NCBI RefSeq assembly: GCF_006345805.1
Contig: NC_043011.1
Span: forward strand, 61,578,464-61,642,463
Origin: Octopus sinensis
Taxonomy: Eukaryota
Length of the DNA stretch: 64,000 nucleotides
Reading direction: 5' to 3'
The position numbers were made by a program, and so were the translations under genes. Shown here in pieces: positions 42,849 to 55,576 of this stretch. Positions within the stretch are counted from its first letter, which is position 1. Each line of letters starts with the position of its first letter. A model generated the notes under the pieces. The model did not search any database and had not been told where the DNA came from. It was given only the letters and a program-made list of their open reading frames with translations.

Positions 42849-45800
42849 CTGCAATAGATTAAAACATGAGCTTACAAAATGAGATCGATAACAGAACAAT
42901 AAAATTATTTGTTTCAGTCAGTAGATTCTGGCCATACCACAGCACTGCCTTGAGGGTTTAGTAGAGGAAAAAATCGAGTCTATTACTTAGTACTGTTATA
43001 AAGTCTGGTAGATATTCCACTGGTGTCTTGTACTGAGCTATGAAGTTTTCAAGTTGTGTTGTGTGGTGACAGAAAGACAGGCATATATATGTACATATAT
43101 AAACATACGTACATCCTAAAATATGAATATTTGTATAAGCTATATATGAATATACAGTTTCCGTCCTCTAATTACACTAACATAGCAATTTTCAAACAGA
43201 AGTTGCAAGAAAGGCTATATATCAAAGAAGCAGTGCTACAGGAAGGAACCAGAATCTTCATGGTTATTAAACGAACTACACAGCAATGACTTCGCTTATG
43301 AATTTTCACAAATTATTTCAATTTAACATTCTCGCAAGATATAGAAGTTAATTCAGCGGATTTTTCGGAATCAATTTTTAAGTTTCCATTACCCCAAGTC
43401 TAACTTAGTGATGAAATTAAATACCAATGAAATTCTGGTTTTAATTAAACCGAATTAGAATATTCCATTACTTTGTTGGTATTTAAATATAACCCTCCAA
43501 TGAAGTGAATTTAGGTCTCTGCAATCGGGGAACGAATAGAACTATAAAAGAATTAACACTAGGTTGATATTGTTCGGTATTTTAACATATGTGTGAGTGT
43601 GTACGTGTGTTTGTGTGTGTGTGCGTGTGTCTGTGTGTGTGTGTGTTCTAATATTCCTTTATATGTTTCAGCCGTATGTATGGGTGGGACACGTTTTGAG
43701 GTTGCCGTTTTGGCGGGACCTATTCGGTGTTGCAAATTCGAAGCTGCTTTAATGTTTCCCTGGTTCTTTCCTTCCATCCGGATAGATATGCTCATGAATA
43801 TAAGCATACATGTGTGTGAACATACGTTTATTTATGCATGAGGAGTGGGAAAGGGTTTTTGTTAATCGTGTTTAATTACTTAATTTTTTCGTGAATGTGT
43901 ATATTTCTGCGCTGGCGTATTTGCATAACTATTTGTATGTGTGCATATTTCACACCAGTGCCAAACTTTATTGCAGCTAAGTTGAGAAAATGACCGATCA
44001 GTCGGCATAAATTGACACCGTCGCATCAGCGGCGTCTATTCATCACATTCCAAGATTTCTGTATAATGTTTACGTATATTAGATGTCCCCTAAATCTACG
44101 CTAGTTATTAATAAACTAGCATCGTAAATCGACTACGGTAATTATCGTTTAGAACTTAGTGGGCACATGGATTCTCATCCAAAGATTACATTAGAAATTT
44201 CTTACCAGCACATTTATTGTTCTTATATTCTTCATTGTACGTATCAAGACAAGACGGTCTGGATTTTGCAGCACATAATTCATATTCATAATAGTATCTG
44301 AAGAGCAAATAGAAATCACTAGAAGGTATTTTAGAAGAGAAGACTCAATAAAGTTGATAATGAATATAACACATCCAGCTGTCACGTGATACTTTATATA
44401 GCATGGGAACAGGTATCATGCATTCATGATTTCTTTTTTTTTTTTTGTAACACCTACGTAATTGCAATTGGATGTAAACAAAGCGATCAATCACTGCCAT
44501 GCCAAAGATCCCTGATGGAGTGAGACAGTTGAATGAAGAAAATTAACATCAGCATCGGGTTGCGCTCATTCCAACGTGGAAATTAGTTATTTTCTCAAAC
44601 GCGCAACGCTCCACGTGATTTAGGGTTTGTACATGTGATTTTATGACCAGAGACCTATACCGAACCAACTAACCTTCAAATCTGTCAATATTTTGCTTTA
44701 TGTTCTTTAAATGATTTGACTTACGTCTATGTTTCACGTTAACTCTGTGTTTAGTAATCCTCCATAATGGCAGTGGATCGCGTTTTAGGAAGAGCGTTGG
44801 CCATATTATTTGGTTCCATATTTTATGTTTGCAATCAACTCTCATTTTAGTCGATATTTGTTATTCGTTTCTCTTCTTATGTATCACTGAAATATTCTAG
44901 TGATTTTAGTTTGGCAACACCAAAAAGCTTCTAACCGTGAAAAAAGTACAATATTTTGGGGGATCAATATTTATGAAAATGAAAATGAAATGCATTTACT
45001 AGATGTGATAAAAATAGTGATAAGTTTAATAAAATGATATGTACCGACAGTTCTCAGCAGGGTTCATTTTCAAATAATTCAGGGTATTAGGACAAAAGAG
45101 TTCGGGCGAGCACGAATTACCATTGAATTTTTTATTTATTTCTGTAAATTAAATAATTTTTTAACTCATTATTATTGCAACGTTGAAAACATCTTGCATT
45201 AGATCGTAAAGTAATACTTGTATGTTTAGTTCGAAACCATTTCATCAATATCGATTGGAAATTATAATGTTTTGTGTATTAGAATATGATGAAAGGAATC
45301 TCTTTATTATATTCAGGCAGTTTTCATTGTTTACAGTGCTTTATATATATCTTAAGAGATCAGTGCTTAAGAGATCAGTGCTTTATATAAATCTTAAGAG
45401 ATCAGAGTTTAGCTGTATCCAGTGCAGGTTATACAATCATCGCCATGATAGTTTCATCTTCTACTTTCGAAAAGTATTTTACGAGAGCATGTGGTTGTTA
45501 GTAATGTGGAATTGCACTTATATGCATAGAAGTATACAAACACACACATACACACACACACACAGAGACGCATCTCTCTGACTCACTCTATAAAGATATG
45601 TGCGCGCGCGCACGTCTATGTATATATGTACACACATAAGTGTTTCATGCAAGCAGTTTTCAGTATCGTTTTAGCTACGCTGTCAGCCTTTCCCTTCTAT
45701 AAGCAAACTACAAATGGAAATTGTTGGGCGATCCTTAAATTCATTTTTGAATATAATATACGAAGAAGAATATTGAAAGTTACATAAGTACATCATTCTT

Positions 45801-46485
45801 TTACACAGACATTCCAATTCTATCTTACACGGAGATAAAGTAGAAATATTCTTTCCTACTCTAGGTATAAGGCCCGAAATTTTGAGGGAGGGGGTCAGTC
45901 GATTAGATCGACCCCAGTATTTAATTAGTACTTAATTTATCTACCCCCGAAAGGATGAAAGGCAAATTCGACCTCGGCGGAATTTGAACTCAGAACATAA
46001 AAGACAGACGAAATACCGCTATGCATTTCGCCCGGCGTGCTAATGTCTCTGCTAGCTCACTGCCTTAGTCATATTAAAATATTTTTTTTATTACTCTAGG
46101 TACAAGGCCCGACATTTCTGGGGAGGAGGCCAGTCGATTAGATCGACTCAGTACGCAACTGGTACTTAATTTATCGACCTCGAAAGGATGGATGGCAAAC
46201 AGGATGAATTTGATCAGATAAAATGCTTAAATAGTCTTGACTATTAATTCTGCCATGAAGGCAAACCATTGGGCCAGCAGATTTCCAAGATATAACTTGC
46301 CAGATCATCACAGATCCTCGTCCATGTTTAACAGTTGGAATATGGTAGTCTGGGTCAAATGCTTCTTTTGGCTGTCTCCAAAAGCATTGGTATTTCTAGA
46401 TCCTTGGCTGTTATCAATGGAAACCTGATTAAAGCTATAGCTTTAACTAAAAGGCAGACTGCAACATTTGCAAATTTTATGTATG

Positions 46486-46546
<61 letters not shown>

Positions 46547-46717
46547 TAATTCTTTAGATTGTTTCAGCTTTCGAGCTGCAGTCATGCTAGAGCACCACCG
46601 TTGGGTGTACTGCATCGTTATTTGAAACCTCCTCTGATGTGCGGCATTTCGCGAACGAGGGTGTTTGATGCTGTTGCCCACATCTGGAACAATGGATAGG
46701 CGGAATTATGTATGTAC

Positions 46718-46753
<36 letters not shown>

Positions 46754-49700
46754 ATTTACAGGAAATGTAGGGATGTGTCTCAAAAGCAACATTCGAATTT
46801 CTCTCAACTTTTTAAATCTTATTTTTACACGCTATTATTTATAGCTTTAACTCCTCCGAGATCCGTCATCCAGAAAACCAATTAGCTTACAATCACGGAA
46901 ATTTTACTTTCTTCTGATATCATCACACACGCACGCACACAGACACACATATATGTCTATACACATTTACGTCCATACATACACATATCTGCGTAAATAT
47001 GCCAATATATATATATAATTTCAAAAGTACATGATGCGCCATTATATAGTAATTGCAATAAATATGTTCAAATTTAAAACGAAAAGTATTAAATATTAAT
47101 AAAAGCATATTAAATATAATTAAAATTGTAGATGAAACATAATAGTAACATTGTGTATCTATGTATGAATGTATGTACGTGTATATAAGATATATGGTGA
47201 GAAATAGACATTTAAGATAAGCTATTACAAGTTAAGTTTAGTAGAAAATGTTACGTACGTTCAAAGAGCTTTTTTTGTTCAGTGATGCGGTTGACTATAA
47301 TTTAAAGGAAAAGAAGAATTATACATATTATATCCTTACATATTACAGATACCTTTTACATAAAAAGGTATTATTTTGAAAAATATATCATAAATAATAT
47401 ATACATATATAGAGAGAAATTTTTATACGTATGTGTATATACATATATATAACCTTACATACCTATGCAGTTATACACCCACATACACACTCAAACACTC
47501 ACACACCTGCACAAGCAAAACTACGCATGCACGCACACATATTTATTCACCAAAGTATATGTATGAAATGTAAGACTGACACTTTTAATGAACATCCAGA
47601 CAAAACGATAAGAAAATTATCCTTATTTTCTTTAGTCATACGATTTAAATTGAGCATTTGCGTAGACATATTCATAAACCACATTTGAAACACGCAGAGA
47701 TAAATAATACACGACTTGTATATGTTGAAGAAAGAATGGAGAAATCTTAATAGTTTTGAAGTGGGTACACAATGCTCAAATATACTTCATATTTTGTTCC
47801 ACAAATGCCCTCGTAACTTACCACAAAATATTAAAAACGAAATTCCAATTGAAGGATTTTAATTTCCTTCGAATAATATGTACGCAGAATTAGAAGCTGC
47901 GATGGCGACAAAAGTAGCCCCAACATACGTAAATATAGGAACTGAAATTTAAATATATGAAACTATTTTTGTAGTCATTTGAAGGGAAATTGGAACAGAT
48001 AGTTAAATAAATCTTTTAACTAATGGGAAGGCTAGATTAAACTCAGTGTTCTAAACTCTAATTAGTTTTAGGAACAGAAACATCTAACTTTGTATGGAAT
48101 ACATTTATAAATTATCGATTTTAGATATAGTAGTTATAAAATACAATAGATCATTCCAGACAATGTTTACATTTTAATTCATGCCATTCAAAGCACGCGA
48201 CAGTCAGTATCCCGTACAGTCTAGCAAAAGCAATATGCACCATCGTACCAAATCAGAACAACTGAAAAAGATGATTAAAGGATCTAAATAAACAAAATAA
48301 CATTCTAATTGGTAGAAGTTATCCATAATCATTAATTAATTCCTGAAACAGGGCTGATGGGTTTTGTTTCGTTGCTTAAAGAAATGTTCGGATATTTGCA
48401 TGGATACACGTGTGAATGAGTGTGTGTGTGTTATTCAAACAACCGCTGCTTTCTGGGACTGAGGATACGATCAGCACCTGGATATTCCTCTGCGCCTTGT
48501 TTGGTTAACAGTTTCTTCCGTGAGATGCGCGCCATTCCCGAGCGTAGTGCTATTATCTGAAAACTTTTATGAGTCTTTTTTTTTATTCTGTATTACATCG
48601 ACGTTGCTACACTTCACAAATGATACTAATCCTGTTCTCTCGTATTTTTAATCACACATCCAGCGGATATGATGCTACCAATGACTTTCCATCTTCCAAC
48701 GTTCATATAAATAGATTCTATGTGTTTCTTCCAAAGCTCTATCAACTAAAATTGGAATGGTCATGTCTTATTCATATACAAGGCAATCTCATATGCGTTT
48801 AAGTGCCCCGGTAAGCTAAAAGTCATTGTGCAAGTATAACATGGATAACATATATTTTTTTCTCTACTCAAAGCACGAGGTTCGAAATTTTGGGGGAGGA
48901 GACCAATCGATTAGATCGACCCCATTACGCAACTGGTACTTAATTTATCTATCCCGAAAGGATGAAAGACAAAGTCGACCTCGGCAGAATTTGAACTCAG
49001 AACCTAAAGACAGACGAAATACCTATTTCGTTACTGCCCACAAGGGGCTAAACATAGAGGGGACAAACAAGGACAGACAAACGGAGTAAGTCGATTACAT
49101 CGACCACAGTGTGTAACTGGTACTTAATTTATCGAACCCGAAAGGATGAAAGTAAAGTCGACCTCGGCGGAATTTGAACTCAGAACGTAACGGCAGACGA
49201 AATACCGCAAAGCGTTTCGCCCGGCGTGCTAACGATTCTGCCAGATCGCTACCTTTTGGATAACATATATTTATTTCTTTATTGCCCAGAGAAGGCTAAA
49301 CATAGAGAGGAAAAACAAGAACAGACAAAGGGATTAAGCTGTTTACATCGACCCCAGTGCGTAACTGGTACTTATTTAATCAACGCCGAAAGGATGAAAG
49401 GTAAATTCGACCTCGGCGGAATTTGAACTCAGAACGTAACGGCAGACGAGATGCTGCTAAGCATTTCACCCGGTGTGCTAACGATTCTGCCAGCTCACCG
49501 CCTTTATTTTTTTTAACATATAGCATTGATAAGGTTTGAATACACGTTTACATATATAATAACTATAGTAAGTAAAAATAAGATAATTAAAATATATAGC
49601 TGTACCAAAATATATAGGCGCAGGAGTGGCTGTGTGGTAAGTAGCTTGCTAACCAACCACATTGTTCCAGGTTCTTGGGCAAGTGTCTACTGCTATAGCC

Positions 49701-51343
49701 CCGGGCCGACCAATGCCTTGTGAGTGGATTTGGTAGACAGAAACTGAAAGAAGCCTGTCGTATATATGTATATATATATATGTGTGTGTTTGTGTGTCTG
49801 TGTTTGTCCCCTTGGCATTGCTTGACAACCGATGCTGGTGTGTTTACGTCCCCGTAACTTAGCGGTTCAGCAAAAGAGACCGATAGAATAAGTACTGGGC
49901 TTACAAAGAATAAGTCCCGGGGTCGATTTGCTCGACTAAAGGCGGTGCTCCAGCATGGCCGCAGTCAAATGACTGAAACAAGTAAAAGAGTAAAATAGTA
50001 AAGAGAGTAAAATACAAATGAGGTTAATGGAGTGTAACATAGAAGTATATATTATAATTAATGAAGTAAAAGTTGTAGCAGAAACCATAACCAATATATT
50101 GCAAGAAACAGTTTACTCGCCACCAGATGAGGAACAGAGCAGCGCAAAATGGATATTTATGATGTCTCACTTTGATAATGTCAAATAATGTGCATCTGTA
50201 TATTAGTTGAGATTTGTTATTGTTAAATATTGTTTTGACAATTATTCTACAGTCATATTGAACAATGAGTAAATTGAAATAATCCGACTGTATTATCAAA
50301 GTCGCTGCTTGATAATATAAGAGATAATCAAAGTGAAACAGAGAAAATTCCTTGAAAAATCGGCAGCACAAAGTACAACGACTAATGACTGCACAATGCG
50401 TTTGTACTGACTTCTCCAGAACTTTACACAACAACAGATAAGATATACGTGTGTGTCAAGATATTTAGATGTATGAAGATATATAGATGGCGTATGTGTG
50501 TGTGTGTGTATTTTTACAGGAGATATAAGTTTGAGTCCGACGGGCAGCCTTCTAGTTGTTTTTAACCCGAATTTACATGCTATTATTTATAGATTTTTTT
50601 TCCTCCGAGAATAATCGTTGGAAAAACGAATTAATTCCCGTTCCCGAGTTTTTTATAATCTATATCATAATGTATGTAGCAAAATTTAGGACACAAATCA
50701 TAACAATTTATATCGTAAGAGAGACTTTACTCACCATTAGAAGCAACGTTTCCCTCTGTAAAAGACATAAGGGAGAGTGAAATGAAGTAAGTATTATATG
50801 TAAAAGAAATTGCTTTGCTGACACATCTGACAACACACACACACACACACATATATATATGACGTCACGCTACGCTGAATTGACCACCTAACAGGCATTT
50901 TAAAACCGAACACTTCACAAAAACTCATTAGAACCACCCAGCGAACATCCACCATGGGTCATCACATTTGCTTAAGGTAAAAATGAATTCCTCGCTCTTT
51001 CGGAAACATCAATCTTCTGTATTGACCGCTTTCCACCACTTTGATCTGTTTTTTGTATTGAATACGTATCGCCACCGTGGGCCACTGCATCGAACACTTT
51101 GAACATATACTTCAAACTATATATCAACTATACATGAACTATATATCAACTATACATGAACTCTAAGATGTCTGACTCCGTTGTGTATTATAAATGAATT
51201 TCTTGTGTTTGACGGCATGAGCTGTCTTTTTTTATATATAACGTTTTTTGATAAAGTTCATTTCAGGAACTGAAACATGTTATAATGTATATATAAAAAT
51301 TAAAAATTGTATAATACAGCAGCATTTTCGAACTTCATTTTTT

Positions 51344-51385
<42 letters not shown>

Positions 51386-51616
51386 TAGAAAAAAAACACC
51401 TTTTATCAATTCAAAATGAACAATTAAATTACACCATCTAGAAAATTACATATAATAGAAATATTAAAATTAAATAACAATAATATACCGATGATTAAGT
51501 AAATTGCAAAAAATATAATAAAAACGTATATATTTGGTAGAATTTTGCAATATACTTAATCATCGGTATATTATTATTTTAATTTTAATATTTCTATTAT
51601 ATTTAATTATTATAAG

Positions 51617-51648
<32 letters not shown>

Positions 51649-51662
51649 CATACATACATACA

Positions 51663-51693
<31 letters not shown>

Positions 51694-51984
51694 GTATATA
51701 TTTCCGTAACTTAGCGGTTCGGCAAATGAGATCGACAGAATAAGTACCAGGCCTAAAAAAGAAGTACTGCTAACCATTCATTCCACTAAAAGTTCAAGGC
51801 GATGCCCCAGCAAGGCCGCAGTCAAATCACTGAAATAAAATTAAAGGTATGATTATATGTACGTGTGTATATATATGTGTGTGCGTATGTATGTGTGCAT
51901 GTTTGTGTATATGTATATGTATATACATATATGTATATGCATATATATGTATATTTATATATATATACGTATATGTATATGTAT

Positions 51985-52025
<41 letters not shown>

Positions 52026-52591
52026 GCATACACACACAAATAAACAATTATATTTCAAATTTATATAAAACAAAAGACAAAGACAGTTGTAGGAACAAGA
52101 AGTAAGTGTATTAGTTTGACGTTCAGGAAGAATAGAAAAGTCTTTTATGTTTCGAGCCTATGCTCTTCGACAAAAGAAATAACAGGAAATAAATGGAGAA
52201 TAACAAAAAACAACATGTAGAGTTTAGCGGTCCAACAGTGCATAAGTATATGTGTGAATATGCGCGCGCGCGTGTGTGTGTGTATTTGTGTGTGTGTGGA
52301 ATGGTAGGTGTGATGTACAGAAATAGAATATTGAGAAAAAAGTCGTCAGAATTTTGGAAAAAATATATTTATTTCTTCATTATCATTAGTGCTTTCGTTC
52401 GTTTCTCGAACATGTCAAATAAAATGTTGTGAATGTACAAACAGCTTGTTCATTTATATACAACAGATGTCTTTGCAGTTTTTTTATGGAGAAGAAGAGA
52501 ACATTGTTTTTGTTTTTGGGGTGAGGTTCCATTAACAATGGAGATGGATAGATAGAAATATAGGTAGGTATATAGGCTGATAGATAGATAT

Positions 52592-52638
<47 letters not shown>

Positions 52639-52684
52639 CATAGATAGATAGATACATAGATAGATAGATAGATAGATAGAGAGG

Positions 52685-52763
<79 letters not shown>

Positions 52764-53976
52764 TCACCAGTAAAGGTAAGGAGAAGAATACACTAGCAGA
52801 ATAGATCCTCCTGCCTGACAAGTAGATCCAAATGTCATTTTGAGGGATTTCGAGGAATTCAGACTATGTGACAATGAAAAAAACGTGTTGAGAAAACCAT
52901 ATATTTATTGTAGAATTTACCTATAAAATCGAAAGCTGTTGTGTTCAACATACATTTACGTTATGATAATTAAAAGCATAGAGATTTAGATGGGTGATTT
53001 TACATGTAATCTTTGTCTATATTTAATGAATAGATAATTAATTGTCGTGACAAAATCAGTTTCTAATTATCATAACGCAGAAGTATTGTGCTTATTTTTT
53101 TTATCTTGTTATCCAGTGACGTCACCAATTGTTGGCTACAAAAATAGGCTTCGTTAGATTATATTTTTCTATTCTTTCTTTTTCCCCTGTTGTCAGCAAT
53201 AGTTGAATACAGAAATAACCTTTCTTCAATTATATTTTTTTATGTTTCTAATTATCATAACGTAGAATAATTATTTTTATATTTTTTATTTCTATTTTTA
53301 TTTTAACTGTATATAAATTCCTTAGTTACTATAATCTATTAGTTTCTTTTGCATATTCTTAGTATATGCATGTGTATGCAAATATAGTATTGGTATATCC
53401 CATTTATGTTCATTAGAAATGAAATAAATAAATAATTTTGACATGTACGAATATATATTTCCTCCCACTGTATATATATATACATATATATATGCACGAA
53501 GGGATTCTTTCAGTTTCCCTCTACTAAATCCACTCACGAGTATTTGGCCGGCTTGAAACTATAGTAGAAGACACTCGCCCAATTTCCCAGGTGGGGCTGA
53601 AGCCGGAACCTTGTGTTTGGGGAGAAACCTACTTACGAATTAGCTACGGCTACACCTATGGAGACCATAAAAATGACTTAGAAAAAGCAAGTATGATATC
53701 GAAAGCTTTATAAATCATTCATCAAAATGCTGTAAGATTTCCCTAAATTTTCTGAAAACATTCAATCTCCCTCGTGTTGTCATATCCGTATGTGTTATAT
53801 TATACTCACGGGATTATATGCACACACATACACATGTATACGAACGGAGTGAATTTGTAGTATTGAATTATATACACAGATTAACAAATTAAATTGAAAG
53901 CTTACAACGACGCAAATTGCTTATATTTTAGATACTTACGAACCATGAGAAGAAACCAGCATAGACAATATTTCAT
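42757..53976 (-). CDS. Gene E, complete, 4 core exons plus a probable 21-nt microexon, 112 aa predicted GPI-anchored six-cysteine protein
   Basis: join(53976-53940, 50755-50735, 45141-45045, 44297-44206, 42848-42757): MKYCLCWFLLMVQGNVASNEINKKFNGNSCSPELFCPNTLNYLKMNPAENCRYYYEYELCAAKSRPSCLDTYNEEYKNNKCADRSLHPKSHASTCFMSPYTTLPILILPILV*. The frame is preserved with or without the microexon. Confidence 0.85.
44206..44297 (-). CDS. Gene E exon 3 (YYYEYELCAAKSRPSCLDTYNEEYKNNKCA)
   Basis: ttgctcttcag acceptor, gtaaga donor, 92 nt. Confidence 0.88.
45045..45141 (-). CDS. Gene E exon 2 (EINKKFNGNSCSPELFCPNTLNYLKMNPAENC-R)
   Basis: atttacag acceptor, gtacat donor, 97 nt, C-x5-C-P motif. Confidence 0.85.
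45852..46200 (-). mobile_element. Two adjacent SINE family 1 variants
   Basis: gtcgattagatcgacccc...cggcgtgctaa. Confidence 0.8.
46198..46420 (-). mobile_element. Tc1 transposase fragment
   Basis: PTVKHGRGSVMIWQVISWKSAGPMVCLHGRINSQDYLSIL matches Tc1 PTVKHGGGSVMVWG. Confidence 0.8.
47700..48330 (+). mobile_element. Highly degenerate Penelope-like RT remnant
   Basis: AAMATKVAPTYVN and SIPYSLAKAICTIV resemble PLE motifs GTAMG..AP.YAN and SIPYS...RI..I. Confidence 0.6.
48858..49505 (-). mobile_element. Tandem run of three SINE family 1 copies
   Basis: Three repeats of gaaaggatgaaag..gacctcggc.gaatttgaactcagaac. Confidence 0.85.
49616..49992 (+). mobile_element. SINE family 2
   Basis: Match to 17510-17884. 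Confidence 0.85.
50735..50755 (-). CDS. Gene E microexon (QGNVASN-E)
   Basis: tcttttacag|AGGGAAACGTTGCTTCTAATG|gtgagt, 21 nt, phase 1-1. Confidence 0.6.
53490..53660 (-). mobile_element. SINE family 2, 5' part, diverged
   Basis: ttctttcagtttcc..ctac.aaatccactcac match. Confidence 0.65.
53940..53976 (-). CDS. Gene E exon 1 (MKYCLCWFLLMV-Q)
   Basis: 37 nt, GTTC|GTAAGT donor; same size and phase as the other first exons. Confidence 0.8.
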
Positions 53977-54544
53977 CCTGGATATTCGTATTAAAGAGAA
54001 CATGTTGTCGAGAAATTTTCGCATTACAGTAACCTCGTCATGTATACTTCATATGACATAACATCTGTTGCCATCCTTGAAAGAATATATACATTTGCTG
54101 TATAGAATATGGCATAGTTTATTACCAGACTCTTACTGTTTTTCCTGATTATGGAAACTATTTTAATGATTTATTTAACATAAGTGAAGCAAGGTTTTCA
54201 AGGTGTAAACCGGAAACTGAAAATGCTTCTCCTTGCAATTTCTTGATGAGAATGTAGAAACTAAAACTCGTAGAGAACTGAAGTTATTTGAACTGGGATG
54301 GGACATCGTCTTCTGAATCTGTGAGACTCTGGTGCACTCACCATCTAATAGATGCATCCTATTCTCGGAGAGAGGCGGATTGAGAAAGAGGATGTTTTCT
54401 GTTGCAGGTTTAAAATTACAAAATTAATTGAAAATTTTCAAATTTGGTATATTGCTATAATTTTGCCCGCTGAATCCGAATTTGTTCTTCATTTATTCCA
54501 GATTTTTTTTCTTAAATGTTACAGATGTTTAAAATTCAATCCAA

Positions 54545-54890
54545 ACTCCATTCTGATATAAACGCTGAATGCATACATCTTATTAATGATGAGGACAACC
54601 TGGGGTTCATCATTACCGTAAAGCTTGAGATCGTCCTGAAGTAACACGTGGTTATATATTTTTTTTTTTTTGGAAGACTCATGAATTCATACCCAGACTT
54701 AGTTTTCCTCAGAATCCTTCTTAGTGATAGCATGCACAGTGCAAAAATCACTGAGGACAAAGAGTCCCTTGAAATACGCCTACCTTGATTTTCATGGCCC
54801 TCAAGTTTTTTCCATTTGTTGTAAGTTCTGCCTGCTACCAATCCAAGAGCTTGTTCGACATTCGATACAATATCGATAGATTCACACATT
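54545..54890 (-). mobile_element. Degenerate RT fragment of an R4/Dong-like element
   Basis: RDSLSSVIFALCMLSLRRILRKTKSGYEF corresponds to the QGDSLSPLLF..GY motif region. Confidence 0.6.
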
Positions 54891-54937
54891 CCATGATCTA
54901 AGAATGTGGTATCATATTGTAGGCCTTATGATAAACA

Positions 54938-54990
<53 letters not shown>

Positions 54991-55000
54991 TGTGTGTGCT

Positions 55001-55040
<40 letters not shown>

Positions 55041-55050
55041 TGTGTGTGCT

Positions 55051-55089
<39 letters not shown>

Positions 55090-55576
55090 AAAATCATGTA
55101 TGTAACTGTTTGTACTTGGATAGTTGCATACACACACACACACACACAAATATATATATATATATATGCCTGTGTGCGTGCGTGTTTGTGTATATCTGAT
55201 TGTTTGTGTGTGTACATTGATTTATAAAAAATTCTCTCCAAATTCGTTTTCGACGGTATTGCTTTTCCATTCTCTTGTCTATAGTCTACATTTTATACTT
55301 TTGACAACTTTAACTCTAGTGTTCTCTAAAAGATTAGACAGGTGGGCTGACAGACATACAGGTAGATAGATATCACACGCTTAACTGTACGTACATATGT
55401 GCTTTTATGACAAATGCTTGACGTATACACACATATATACAATCACACACACCATCAACCCCATATATATATATAAATATATAAGATATGCATATGTTTG
55501 TATATGTGCGGGTGTATGTGCGTGATGCGAGGGCGTATATATAGGTATATGCATATACATATATATATATATATAT

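Larger units (their letters stand above)
43300..45330. repeat. Older duplicated block (gene E introns and exons) homologous to about 61370-63330 (gene F)
   Basis: Intronic sequence still alignable, e.g. aatattccattact, aatttaggtctct, cagcggcgtctatt, tatcactgaaa, tcgatt(g/a)gaaatt. Confidence 0.85.

Noticed and set aside
48858-49505. Regularly repeated units separated by variable sequence, superficially array-like
   Set aside because: Tandem SINE insertions in a eukaryotic genome; not a CRISPR array.
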